NCBI GenBank assembly: GCA_963701295.1
Contig: OY969585.1
Coordinates: 1,376,001-1,440,000, forward strand
DNA length: 64,000 nt
Direction of reading: 5' to 3'
DNA from: Ignavibacteriota bacterium
Lineage (GTDB): Bacteria; Bacteroidota; Ignavibacteria; UBA10030
Shown here: positions 49,691 through 59,739 of the stretch, piece after piece
Layout: each line of letters begins with the position of its first letter
Position numbering within the stretch: the first letter of the stretch is position 1
Position numbers and translations under genes: made by a program
Notes under the pieces: generated by a model
Databases searched by the model: none
What the model saw: only the letters and a program-made list of their open reading frames with translations
What the model was told of the DNA's origin: nothing

Positions 49691-50713
49691 TTAAATCATA
49701 TATTCAATAATTTTTTTCTTTGGATCAAACGGTTCAAGTCGGCTTAAACCCAATTTTTTGACAGCAAGTGAAACATATTCCGATTCAGAGAGTTCTTTGC
49801 CATCCGAATAGAATTTTCCTGCTTGTACCATCGCATCCAATGGGGCAAGTCCCACCAGTTCGCTTCCAGCGACGTCGATTCCAAGCAAATGAGCCTGTTT
49901 CTTTACTTCTTCAAACGCCTTATGGATAGATGTTATTTCATAATCCACAAGATTGATGGAAACTTGTGAGATCTTAAAACGATCAAGATAAACGCCCATG
50001 GCTTTTACTGCTTTGAGCGTGCCGGGAATCTTGATTATCTCACCCTGTTCATTTTTCATCGTGTTGCCACGTTCATCCTTTCTTGGCCTACCGCTGTCAC
50101 GTATGCGTAGAGCAATCTCTAGTGCATGGCGATCGTTGATTGTGTTGAGGTTCACATTATACGCGATGAGGATTTTCCGTGCTCCGGTTACGGTAGCACC
50201 GGATTTCGCATTGAAGAGACGTGCGCCATAATCCGGTTGCCAGGCTGCATCCTTCAGCTTCTCAGCTAATCCTTCATACTCACCTTTGCGGATATCGGAA
50301 AGATTTCTTCGCTGCGGTGAACGAGCTGCAAATTCATATAAAAATATCGGAATGTTCAGCTCTTGTGCAACGCGTTCGCCGAATTTTTCGGCGAGCTTCA
50401 CACACTCATCCATCGTTACACCGCTGATAGGAACAAATGGCACAACATCAGCAGCACCGATGCGTGGATGTTCGCCTTTCTGTTGTGTCATATCGATGCG
50501 ATCAGCAGCGATCTTGGTTGCCTGAAATGCGGCTTCCACCACTGCTTCCGGTTCGCCGACAAAGGTTACCACAGTTCGGTTGTAGTCTGTATCCGGTTCG
50601 AGACAAAGCAAGTGTGCTCCCGGAACATGCGTGATACTCTCGCCAAGAGCATCGATGGTTTCCTTATTTCTTCCTTCACTGAAATTGGGGACGCATTCCA
50701 CAAGTTGTCGCAT
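49691..50713 (-). CDS. ftcD: glutamate formimidoyltransferase
   Basis: VECVPNFSEGR, DYNRTV, HPRIGAADVVPF, RKGEYEG, GARKILIAYNVNL. Confidence 0.92.
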   Translation of the reverse strand: MRQLVECVPNFSEGRNKETIDALGESITHVPGAHLLCLEPDTDYNRTVVTFVGEPEAVVEAAFQATKIAADRIDMTQQKGEHPRIGAADVVPFVPISGVTMDECVKLAEKFGERVAQELNIPIFLYEFAARSPQRRNLSDIRKGEYEGLAEKLKDAAWQPDYGARLFNAKSGATVTGARKILIAYNVNLNTINDRHALEIALRIRDSGRPRKDERGNTMKNEQGEIIKIPGTLKAVKAMGVYLDRFKISQVSINLVDYEITSIHKAFEEVKKQAHLLGIDVAGSELVGLAPLDAMVQAGKFYSDGKELSESEYVSLAVKKLGLSRLEPFDPKKKIIEYMI

Positions 50714-50730
50714 AGAGGTTTCTTTCAATT

Positions 50731-51975
50731 TTAAAATTCTAAATACGTTCCGTGCTTGATCACTTTGGCAACATGGTTTGTACCGAAGTGATAAACAAGA
50801 TGTCGATAATCCGGAACATTGTATAAAATAATATCGGCTTGTTTCCCGACTTCAATACTGCCAAGTGTGCTCGAGAGTCCAAGAGCTGCTGCGCTGTTAA
50901 TCGTAGTTGCACAGACCGCTTCTTCCATTGTCAATGACATTTGTGTGCAGGCAATGGTCATCATCAATGGCAATGAATAGGACATACAGGAACCTGGATT
51001 GAAGTTCGATGCAATTGCCAACGGAATACCGGCATCGATGATCTTTCGTGCCGGCGGATATCCGCCGTGCAAAAAGAATGATACACCGGGGAGTACTGTA
51101 GCGATTGTTCCAGAATGTTTCAACGCAGAAATTCCCATATCATTGATGTGCTCCAGATGGTCGGCGGAGACTGCGTTCATTTCTGCGGCGAGCTTTGATG
51201 CACCGATTTGTGAAAGTTGATCGGCATGAATTTTAATCCCGAGCCCTAGCGATTTTGCGGTCTCGAAGATTTTTTGGCATCGTTCAACGGAAAAATATTT
51301 TTGCTCGCAGAATGCATCGCAGAATTTTGCCATGTTATGCTTAGCGATGTACGGGAGCAGTCGTTTGCAAATGAGATCGACGTAGCCGTCTGGGTCTTCT
51401 CTGAATTCCTGCGGAATTGCATGTGCTCCAAGAAATGTCGGAACAATATCCATCAAGCTTTCTTCAGCAAGTTCATTGATTGTATGAAGTATCTTGATCT
51501 CAGCATCTTCGTTTAATCCGTACCCGGATTTTATTTCAACAGTTGTAGTCCCTTGACGAAGCATTGCATCAAGGTGATGGCGGGCGAGCTTCTTCAATTC
51601 TTTTTTAGAAGCAGCTCGTGTTGCGTCCACCGTACTGATAATTCCTCCGCCTGCCTCGGCAATTTCTTGATATGTTTTTCCTTGAGTGCGCTTTGCAAAT
51701 TCATTTTCGCGGCTTCCGGCAAAAACAGAATGAGTGTGCGAATCAACAAATCCGGGTAGTGCAATCAGGTCGGAAGAATCGATAGTATCAATGGTTTCAT
51801 ATGGCGTCTGTGAGAATTCTACGCTTGGTCCAATCCAGGAGAATAACCCATTTTGAATCAAGACTGTTGCATCTTCAATAATGCCGAGATCGCGCATCTC
51901 TTTGCCGGATTTATACGGTTTGCCATCCGACCGCACGGTGATAAGCTGTTTGATATTTTTGATGAGCAGGTTCAT
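50731..51975 (-). CDS. hutI: imidazolonepropionase
   Basis: PGFVDSHTH, GGGIISTV, EIKSGYGL, FLGAHA, HADQL, SADHL, NFNPGS. Confidence 0.95.
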   Translation of the reverse strand: MNLLIKNIKQLITVRSDGKPYKSGKEMRDLGIIEDATVLIQNGLFSWIGPSVEFSQTPYETIDTIDSSDLIALPGFVDSHTHSVFAGSRENEFAKRTQGKTYQEIAEAGGGIISTVDATRAASKKELKKLARHHLDAMLRQGTTTVEIKSGYGLNEDAEIKILHTINELAEESLMDIVPTFLGAHAIPQEFREDPDGYVDLICKRLLPYIAKHNMAKFCDAFCEQKYFSVERCQKIFETAKSLGLGIKIHADQLSQIGASKLAAEMNAVSADHLEHINDMGISALKHSGTIATVLPGVSFFLHGGYPPARKIIDAGIPLAIASNFNPGSCMSYSLPLMMTIACTQMSLTMEEAVCATTINSAAALGLSSTLGSIEVGKQADIILYNVPDYRHLVYHFGTNHVAKVIKHGTYLEF

Positions 51976-52125
51976 AGATAGACAACGTATTTCTTGGAGG
52001 GAAAATAACAAAGATAATGCTTCGGAAGCAAGTTCCTTTCAATAAACAGTTAGTAACAAAAGATAGTTTTGTTCTGGGAAGGCGCTTCCTTAGAAGGAGG
52101 TTCCGTGCGATGGGAAAAAATTAAT

Positions 52126-52482
52126 TTATTGACGTGGATTGCTTTGCCACAACGCTAATTGAACACCATCAGGTGTCTCAAACTGTGCCCGCCAACCCAT
52201 CGATCCGACCTGAGATTTCTTCGTCAACATTTTGCCGCGTGCTTTTCGTATGGATTTCATTGTTATATTGATATCTTCCACTTCGATATATGGAATGACT
52301 TGTCCTTTCTTGGGCATTCGTTTCATGATCTCAAATCCACCGTTGGGATATTTACCAGTATGGATGATTGTATAATCGATATCCTGAATATAAGAAAATG
52401 TCCAGCCAAAGACTGTGCCGAAGAATCTCTTTGACTTCTCAAGATTGATTGCTGGAATTTCGATATGACCAAAAGCGTGCAT
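52126..52482 (-). CDS. VOC/glyoxalase family protein
   Basis: AAGGAGG RBS; HIEIPA, FFGTVFGW, YIEVEDI, PDG. Confidence 0.8.
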   Translation of the reverse strand: MHAFGHIEIPAINLEKSKRFFGTVFGWTFSYIQDIDYTIIHTGKYPNGGFEIMKRMPKKGQVIPYIEVEDINITMKSIRKARGKMLTKKSQVGSMGWRAQFETPDGVQLALWQSNPRQ

Positions 52483-52505
52483 AAGTTCCTCCTTATGAAG
52501 ATGAT

Positions 52506-54170
52506 TCATTGCTCTTTGAGCATTGGAATATGAACATTGAATTTCTTTGCATTTTCAATTGCGCGTTTGTATCCGGCATCAGCGTGACGAATAATACCCA
52601 TACCTGGATCGTACGTCAGCACTCTTTGTAACCGTGCTTCCGCTTCTCTTGTTCCATCGGCAACGACAACCATTCCAGCGTGAATCGATAATCCAATACC
52701 GACACCACCGCCGTGGTGAACGCTTACCCAGCTTGCACCACCTGTAGCATTGAGCAGCGCGTTGAGAATGGGCCAATCGGCTATGGCGTCACTGCCGTCA
52801 AGCATCTTCTCGGTTTCGCGATTTGGCGATGCAACACTACCGCAATCAAGATGATCGCGGCCAATGACGAGGGGGGCGCTTACTTCACCATGAGCGACAA
52901 GATTATTGAAGATCGTTCCCATCTTTGCACGTTCGCCATATCCCAGCCAGCAAATACGAGCTGGTAACCCTTGGAAATCAACTTCATTCTGCGCCTTTTC
53001 AATCCAGGTACAGAGCTGCTTGTTTTTAGCAAAAGTTTCTAACACTGCACGATCTGTGCGATAAATATCTTCAGGATCACCGGAGAGTGCTGCCCACCTG
53101 AATGGGCCCTTACCATCACAAAAAAGAGGACGGATGTATTCCGGCACAAACCCGGGAATGTCAAATGCTTTCTTAACTCCGCTTGCCAATGCCTCACCGC
53201 GGATATTGTTGCCGTAATCGAAAACGATCGCACCTTTCTGCTTCAGTTTCAGTAATCCCTTAACATGTTCAGCGATGGAATTCTGAGAAAGTGCAATATA
53301 TTTCTGTGGGTTCTTTTTGCGAAGTTTAAGCGCTTGTGCATATGGCATTCCGGCAGGCACATAACCATTCAGTGTATCGTGTGCGGATGTTTGGTCGGTA
53401 ACGATATCCGGCAAAAACTTTCCCGCGGCAATCTTCGGAATAATATCTGCGGCATTGCCGAGTAAGCCGACAGAGAGCGGCAATTTTTTTTCCTTGGCGG
53501 CACGCACTTGTGCAAGTGCATCATCAAGATTATTTGTCATGGTATCGAGGTAACTTGTTTCAAGTCGACGTTTAATTCTGTGGAGATCAACCTCAACGAC
53601 GAGACAAGCGGCACCGTTCATAGTTGCAGCAAGCGGTTGAGCGCCTCCCATACCGCCGAGCCCAGCGGTGAGTAAAAATTTACCGGCAAGATTCCCATGA
53701 AAATGTTTTGCCGCTGCCGCCGCAAATGTTTCGTACGTTCCCTGAAGAATTCCCTGTGTGCCGATATACATCCAGCTTCCGGCTGTCATCTGGCCATACA
53801 TTGTCAGACCAAGAGCTTCCAATTTACGAAATTCATCCCATGTTGCCCACTTTGGTACTGACATGGAATTGCTGATGAGCACGCGCGGTGCGTACTCATG
53901 CGTTTTAAATATTCCAACAGGTTTACCAGATTGAACGAGCAGCGTTTCATCGTTTTCTAAATTTTTCAGACTCTCCACAATGGCGTCATAACATTGCCAA
54001 TTGCGAGCGGCTTTTCCAGTTCCGCCATAGACAATCAACTCCTGGGGTTTTTCGGCGACCTCAGGATCGAGGTTGTTCATCAGCATACGCAGCGCAGCTT
54101 CCTGAATCCAGCCCTTACAGGTGAGTTGCGTGCCGTGTGGAGCGCGAATGCTGCGAGGTGACTGTCTCAT
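52506..54170 (-). CDS. hutU: urocanate hydratase
   Basis: [50 protein letters not shown]. Confidence 0.97.
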   Translation of the reverse strand: MRQSPRSIRAPHGTQLTCKGWIQEAALRMLMNNLDPEVAEKPQELIVYGGTGKAARNWQCYDAIVESLKNLENDETLLVQSGKPVGIFKTHEYAPRVLISNSMSVPKWATWDEFRKLEALGLTMYGQMTAGSWMYIGTQGILQGTYETFAAAAAKHFHGNLAGKFLLTAGLGGMGGAQPLAATMNGAACLVVEVDLHRIKRRLETSYLDTMTNNLDDALAQVRAAKEKKLPLSVGLLGNAADIIPKIAAGKFLPDIVTDQTSAHDTLNGYVPAGMPYAQALKLRKKNPQKYIALSQNSIAEHVKGLLKLKQKGAIVFDYGNNIRGEALASGVKKAFDIPGFVPEYIRPLFCDGKGPFRWAALSGDPEDIYRTDRAVLETFAKNKQLCTWIEKAQNEVDFQGLPARICWLGYGERAKMGTIFNNLVAHGEVSAPLVIGRDHLDCGSVASPNRETEKMLDGSDAIADWPILNALLNATGGASWVSVHHGGGVGIGLSIHAGMVVVADGTREAEARLQRVLTYDPGMGIIRHADAGYKRAIENAKKFNVHIPMLKEQ

Positions 54171-54247
54171 AGATGTCCTCAGTAAAACTTAGCGTTCTTT
54201 ATCGATAATTTATGATTTGCAATTGGAGCCGACAGTCTCGCGTCGTA

Positions 54248-54730
54248 TCAAAGTTTATACCCGATTTTCCGCAAGAAGTCTTTCCTCCACTTAATGTCGG
54301 TATCAGTTTCGATGCCTTTGGTTTTCATCCCATCGATGATACCGAGGATACCGCGGCCCTGTTCGGTCTCTGCGACAATGACTTCCACGGCATTTGCCGT
54401 AGCACAGTAAATGGTGCAAACTTCCGGAATGTTCTTGATGGTGTTGAGAATGTTGACCGGGAATCCGTTTTCCATGAAGAGAATAAAACAGTGTCCACAT
54501 GAAAGTGTCATTGCGTTTTTCTTCGCCATCTCAATGAGCGTGTCGTTATTACCGGTCCAACGGACAAGAGTATTACCGGAAGATTCGCAGAATCCAAGTC
54601 CAAATTTCATTTGCGGATTTGTTTGTACGACGGCTTCATAAATGTCTTCTACCGTTTTAATAAAATGTGATTGTCCCAGGATAAAATTTGTACTCTCAGG
54701 TTTGTCAATTTTTACGACTTTCAGTTCCAT
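54248..54730 (-). CDS. adenosine-specific kinase family protein (DUF355)
   Basis: GQSHFIKTVED, FCESSG, GFPVNILN, CATAN, GRGILGIIDG. Confidence 0.88.
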   Translation of the reverse strand: MELKVVKIDKPESTNFILGQSHFIKTVEDIYEAVVQTNPQMKFGLGFCESSGNTLVRWTGNNDTLIEMAKKNAMTLSCGHCFILFMENGFPVNILNTIKNIPEVCTIYCATANAVEVIVAETEQGRGILGIIDGMKTKGIETDTDIKWRKDFLRKIGYKL

Positions 54731-54750
54731 ACAATCATCTCCTCCTACGG

Positions 54751-55236
54751 TTAGATGAATTTTGAAATTGTCTCAACATGTATAAGTTGCTTCAATATCC
54801 CTGTTCCCGGGCGAAGAGGTTCAAGAACTTCGACAAGTGCCAGGCTGCATTTCTTCATTTCAATATCAATCTTATGATCTCCACCAATCAACAATGAAAT
54901 TGTGTCGGAGAGAAACGGTTCATGTCCGACGAGGAGCACAGATTCGACATTGAATTCAGTGATCTGTTTGAATAATTGTTTAGGATGAGTACCGTTCACG
55001 AGATATTCGGACGCTTCCATACGCGGCGCGTTGATGAGCGATTGCACGATTGCTCCTGTTTCACAAGCTCGTGTCAGAGGACTTGTAAAAATGATATTAA
55101 TATTTGTTTTGGTGTGGCGAAGAAATTTACCAATGTATGCGGCTTGCTTGTGTCCGAGATCGGTCAGCGGACGTTCATTATCATCGAAGCGGGAATGAGA
55201 GGAAGCATCACCGTGTCGAAGGAAATAGATCAGCAT
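54751..55236 (-). CDS. sixA: phosphohistidine phosphatase
   Basis: LRHGDA, RPLT, SPLTRA, LVGHEP. Confidence 0.88.
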   Translation of the reverse strand: MLIYFLRHGDASSHSRFDDNERPLTDLGHKQAAYIGKFLRHTKTNINIIFTSPLTRACETGAIVQSLINAPRMEASEYLVNGTHPKQLFKQITEFNVESVLLVGHEPFLSDTISLLIGGDHKIDIEMKKCSLALVEVLEPLRPGTGILKQLIHVETISKFI

Positions 55237-55298
55237 AATGTGGTGCCGATGTTTTAGATGCCGCGTATGTAAACAGAAAGAGCAGGTAGATGGACCTG

Positions 55299-56678
55299 TT
55301 ACTCTTTTGTTAAATTGTATTGTTGGATTTTTGTGTACAGTGTTTTGAGACTGATACTGAGAATCTGTGCCGCGGTGTTTTTATTCCATCCAACGGTTTT
55401 TAGGACTCCTTCAATGTGTGCTTTTTCTATATCGCGAATCGACACAGCGCTTCCTATTTGCGGACCGGTTGCCGTTCCCACCGTTTCTCTAAGCAAAGCA
55501 GGTCGTCTGCCGATGGGGAGAGAGATGTCTTCAATGCAGATCAGATTATCTTTGCATAAAATGCTGGCGCGCTCGATGACATTTTCCAATTCGCGAACGT
55601 TGCCAGGCCAGTCATACTTCATGAGAAGTTCGAGTGCTTTCGGTTCCATCATTTTAAGTTCACGGGGATGCACACGGCTTTTTAAAAAGTAATCTACCAG
55701 CATGGGAATATCATCCGGCCGTTCGCGCAGCGACGGTACCGACAGTGTAATGACATTAATGCGGTACAGCAAGTCCTCACGAAAATCTCCTGTGCCTACT
55801 TCGTCGTGCAAATTTTTATTCGTGGCGGAGATAACCCGTACATCTGATTTGAGATTCTTGTTGCCTCCCACACGCCGGTATTCTCCTGTTTGAAGGAAAC
55901 GCAAGAGTTTCGGTTGAATCATTAAACTAATCTCGCCGATTTCATCGAGGAAGAGTGTGCCGCCGTTTGCGATTTCAACAAGACCCTGTTTCATTGCGTG
56001 TGCATCGGTGAACGCACCTTTTTCATGGCCGAACAGCTCGCTTTCGAGTAAATTTTCTGGAATAGAAGCGCAGTTTAATGCAACGAACTGCATATCCTTG
56101 CGATAACTGTTTTTGTGCAGGAAGTTAGCGATGAGTTCTTTCCCCGTGCCGCTTGCTCCTTGAATGAGTACCGGAGAATCGGTTGGCGCAACTTTCGCAG
56201 TGATGTTGAGTAATTCCAACATTATTTTGCTTTCGCCAATAATATTACTGGTACTTGTGTGGCGTGCAAGTTCGGATTTGAGAACTTTATTCTCGATACT
56301 GAGCCGCTTACGTTCGACTGCACGTTCAATGACTGCTATCAACTCTTCACTTCCATATGGCTTGGTAATATAATTGTATGCCCCTAATTGCATACACTCA
56401 ACCGCGATCTTCACGTCATGAACACCGGTAAGCATAATAACTTGTGTGTCATAGGAGTGCTCACGGATGAATTTCAATACCTCTACACCATCCACGCGAG
56501 GAAGTTTAATATCCAACAGTACAAGATCGAATGTTCGCTTCTGGAGGGCATTAATTGCCATGACGCCGTCTTTTGCTGTTTCGACCTTGTAACCTTCTTG
56601 GATGAGCATTGTCTCGAGGACTTGAAGAAAAGGTTCTTCGTCATCGACAGCGAGAATGGAAATGGTTTCTGGTTTCAT
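55299..56678 (-). CDS. sigma54-dependent NtrC-family response regulator
   Basis: REC (DD, LLDIKLP, KP), [38 protein letters not shown], Fis-type HTH. Confidence 0.95.
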   Translation of the reverse strand: MKPETISILAVDDEEPFLQVLETMLIQEGYKVETAKDGVMAINALQKRTFDLVLLDIKLPRVDGVEVLKFIREHSYDTQVIMLTGVHDVKIAVECMQLGAYNYITKPYGSEELIAVIERAVERKRLSIENKVLKSELARHTSTSNIIGESKIMLELLNITAKVAPTDSPVLIQGASGTGKELIANFLHKNSYRKDMQFVALNCASIPENLLESELFGHEKGAFTDAHAMKQGLVEIANGGTLFLDEIGEISLMIQPKLLRFLQTGEYRRVGGNKNLKSDVRVISATNKNLHDEVGTGDFREDLLYRINVITLSVPSLRERPDDIPMLVDYFLKSRVHPRELKMMEPKALELLMKYDWPGNVRELENVIERASILCKDNLICIEDISLPIGRRPALLRETVGTATGPQIGSAVSIRDIEKAHIEGVLKTVGWNKNTAAQILSISLKTLYTKIQQYNLTKE

Positions 56679-56702
56679 AAGTGTATAAAAATGAGTACAT
56701 CG

Positions 56703-57809
56703 TTATCGAATCGGAAGCGCAAAATAAAAGGTTGCTCCTTTGCCGGTTTCCGATTCTACCCAAATTTTTCCGTTGTGTGCTTCGATAATACGTTGTGAAA
56801 TAATCAATCCGAGACCTGTCGACTTATCCTTGTTCGATTTGCCAGAAACAAGATCGCGGTAACGGTCGAAGATCAGCGACAGTCTTTCTTGTGGGATCCC
56901 GGATCCGCTATTAAATACCGAGACGATTTCATGATCTGTTGGTTGTTGTCCTTCCTCAAGTACAATTGCAACCTTGCGTACTTGCACGACGATTGCACCT
57001 TGTGACGGTGTGTGTTGTACAGCGTTACTTAAAAAATTATGCAACACTTGGTCAATTTTTTCTGCGTCGTACTCCAACGGCAGCAAATCAGGTTCGGTAT
57101 AAAAATCCAGTGTGATTTTGCTTGATTGGATAGGAACGCGAAATTCCTGTATGGCATTTTGTACCGATGTACCAAGATTGCCAATGCCTTTATTCAATCG
57201 TACTCTCCCACCTTCAAGCTTTGTCAAGTCCATCATGTCAGTGAGAAGGCCGATCACCTTATCGATGGAAGTAGTCATGTATCCAAGGAGTTCCTTCTGG
57301 TGGTCGCCGAGTGAGCCAGCCATTCCTTTCAATAAGTACCCAATACTTTGGCGAAGTCCGGCAATAGGATTGTGGAGATCGAAGAGCAAGCGAGCTGTAT
57401 GTTCCGTTTGCAGGCGTCGAATACGGTCTTCAGCGTCACGTGCCTGAATGATGCCCTTGAGCTGTGGAACGAGCTGGTCCATATCGATGGGCTTGGTAAG
57501 ATATTCCTTTGCTCCAAGCTTCATTGCTTCCACTGCCATACTGACGTCACTCATACCGGTCATCATAACAACTTCTGTTTGTGCTGAATTCTTTTTGATG
57601 TAACGCAATACTTCCAAACCGTTTGCACCGGGCATCTTGATGTCGAGGAGTGCTATGTCATAATCTTTTACCTGTGTCTTTTTAATCGCTTCGACACCAT
57701 CTCCAACCTCTTCGACTTCAAATCCTTCATCACTCAGCCACGCCGCGATGGTCATCCGCAAGGGCTCTTCGTCGTCAGCAATAAGGACCTGAATTTTATC
57801 TTCGCTCAT
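56703..57809 (-). CDS. receiver-HisKA-HATPase hybrid kinase with a non-canonical H-box
   Basis: REC with LLDIKMP; HisKA-like LFDLHNP; N box NFLSNA, G1 NSGSG, G2 GLGL. Confidence 0.85.
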   Translation of the reverse strand: MSEDKIQVLIADDEEPLRMTIAAWLSDEGFEVEEVGDGVEAIKKTQVKDYDIALLDIKMPGANGLEVLRYIKKNSAQTEVVMMTGMSDVSMAVEAMKLGAKEYLTKPIDMDQLVPQLKGIIQARDAEDRIRRLQTEHTARLLFDLHNPIAGLRQSIGYLLKGMAGSLGDHQKELLGYMTTSIDKVIGLLTDMMDLTKLEGGRVRLNKGIGNLGTSVQNAIQEFRVPIQSSKITLDFYTEPDLLPLEYDAEKIDQVLHNFLSNAVQHTPSQGAIVVQVRKVAIVLEEGQQPTDHEIVSVFNSGSGIPQERLSLIFDRYRDLVSGKSNKDKSTGLGLIISQRIIEAHNGKIWVESETGKGATFYFALPIR

Positions 57810-57913
57810 ACATGGTCACTCATATCAATGCACAGAAAATATTTATTGCAACCCGCTACTGGAAAGGCTTGACCACCGCGAATTATCATTGTTAACATAA
57901 TCTACCGCTGGAG

Positions 57914-57942
57914 ATAATAAACAGATTCACCTGAAAAGTCAA
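57914..57942 (-). promoter_or_regulatory. sigma70-type promoter (TTGACT-N17-TATTAT)
   Basis: Upstream of the hybrid kinase operon, divergent from the hutH promoter. Confidence 0.5.
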
Positions 57943-57975
57943 TTGCTTTCTCCTCTTTATGGTCTCAAAGAAAAG

Positions 57976-58004
57976 TTGAATTTGACGATACACACTACTA
58001 CATT
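57976..58004 (+). promoter_or_regulatory. sigma70-type promoter of hutH (TTGAAT-N17-TACATT)
   Basis: 17-bp spacer, 36 bp upstream of ATG. Confidence 0.45.
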
Positions 58005-58039
58005 AGACCACTAATTTTAATAATACCTATGGTTTTGTT

Positions 58040-59611
58040 ATGAAAAATCACATCCTCGATGGCAATCGGCTTACCATTCCTCAAGTATTTGACCTCGCGC
58101 ACGAAACAGCCCGTGCGAGGCTGAGTTCAACTACGAAGCGAAAAATTATTCACGCAAGAGGACTTATTGATCGCTGGATAAACAAGGGCGAGACAGTCTA
58201 TGGTGTAACGACCGGTTTTGGAGAGTTTTCTAATGTATGCGTGAGAAGGGAAGATATTGAACTGCTCCAAGAAAATCTTATTTTTAGTCATGCTGCTGGC
58301 GCCGGGGACATGCTACCAGCAGAAATAGTGCGTGCGATGATGGTATTGCGGGTCAATGCACTGGCGAAAGGATATTCTGGAATTCGGCTTTCGACCGTGG
58401 AATTGCTGATGGAAATGTTGAACCACAACATTGTTCCGATCATTCCGTCACAAGGATCCGTTGGCGCAAGCGGGGATCTGGTGCAGCTTGCACACCTAGT
58501 GCTGGCGATGATGGGGAAGGGAAAGGCATGGGTTAAGGGAGAAGGGAGAAGTGAAAAAGGGAAAGTGGTGAATGCTGCAACTGCATTACGACGCAATAAA
58601 CTTCAACCAGTCAAGCTGACGGCGAAAGAAGGACTTGCATTGATTAATGGTACGCAAATGATGACGGCATACGCAGCACTGGCGGTTCATCAGGCGAAAC
58701 GCTTAGCAAAGCTCGCTGACGTCGCATCGGCGATTAGTGTAGAGACACTGCGGGGAAGTGATACGGCATACGACGAACGTATTCATCAGCTTCGTCCTTA
58801 TAAAGGGCAATTAACGGTTGCGAAAAATATGCGGAGACTCATGTGCAACAGCGAACTTCGTGAATCGCATCGTCGTAATGACGCGCGCGTACAGGATGCG
58901 TATTCGATACGGTGTATTCCGCAAGTGCATGGCGCCTCACGCGATGCAATCGACTATGTCTACGACAAGGTTTCCATTGAGATCAATTCGGCGAATGACA
59001 ATCCGCTTATCTTTCCGAAAGATGGTATCCATCTTGAAGGCGGCAATTTTCACGGTCAGCCAATGGCTCTTGCGATGGATTTTCTTGCTATCGCACTATC
59101 GGAGCTTGCAAATATTTCAGAGCGCCGTATTGAACGATTGGTGAACGGTTCACTCAGCGGCCTGCCGAGATTTCTCACGTCCAACGGCGGACTCAACTCT
59201 GGCTTAATGATTGCGCAGTACACTGCTGCATCACTTGTGTCTGAAAATAAAGTATTGGCACATCCCGCAAGTGTAGATTCTATCCCGACATCTGCCAATC
59301 AAGAGGACCACAATAGCATGGGTTCCATCAGCGCACAAAAGGCATGGCGTGTATTAAAAAATACGCAAACGGTTCTTGCTATTGAGCTTCTCTGTGCATG
59401 TCAGGGGATGGATTTTGCCCGGGCACTGAAACATTCGAAACCGCTTAAGTCTGGTGCAGGAACAGAAGCAGCATATCGGTTTGTTCGAAAACATATCAAG
59501 CATCTCGAGCGGGATCGAGTGCTGTACGATGATATTCAGAAAGCGCTCGGATTGATCGAGAATGGAAGTGTACTCAATACAGTTGAAAGAAGAATAGGAT
59601 TCTTGGATTGA
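58040..59611 (+). CDS. hutH: histidine ammonia-lyase
   Basis: YGVTTGFG, LIFSH, GSVGASGDL (MIO), KEGLALINGTQ, QDAYSIRC, GGNFHG, NQEDHNSMG. Confidence 0.95.
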   Translation: MKNHILDGNRLTIPQVFDLAHETARARLSSTTKRKIIHARGLIDRWINKGETVYGVTTGFGEFSNVCVRREDIELLQENLIFSHAAGAGDMLPAEIVRAMMVLRVNALAKGYSGIRLSTVELLMEMLNHNIVPIIPSQGSVGASGDLVQLAHLVLAMMGKGKAWVKGEGRSEKGKVVNAATALRRNKLQPVKLTAKEGLALINGTQMMTAYAALAVHQAKRLAKLADVASAISVETLRGSDTAYDERIHQLRPYKGQLTVAKNMRRLMCNSELRESHRRNDARVQDAYSIRCIPQVHGASRDAIDYVYDKVSIEINSANDNPLIFPKDGIHLEGGNFHGQPMALAMDFLAIALSELANISERRIERLVNGSLSGLPRFLTSNGGLNSGLMIAQYTAASLVSENKVLAHPASVDSIPTSANQEDHNSMGSISAQKAWRVLKNTQTVLAIELLCACQGMDFARALKHSKPLKSGAGTEAAYRFVRKHIKHLERDRVLYDDIQKALGLIENGSVLNTVERRIGFLD

Positions 59612-59739
59612 CGAATGAATAAGTCTTCAAAGAGAAGGACATTCTATGAAATTATTTGTACTACTCTCAAGCCGGATTCGTTAGTGCGAGAAAAATACTC
59701 CAACATATAGGTTGTGATATGGTTCAGGATTGCTCTTCT

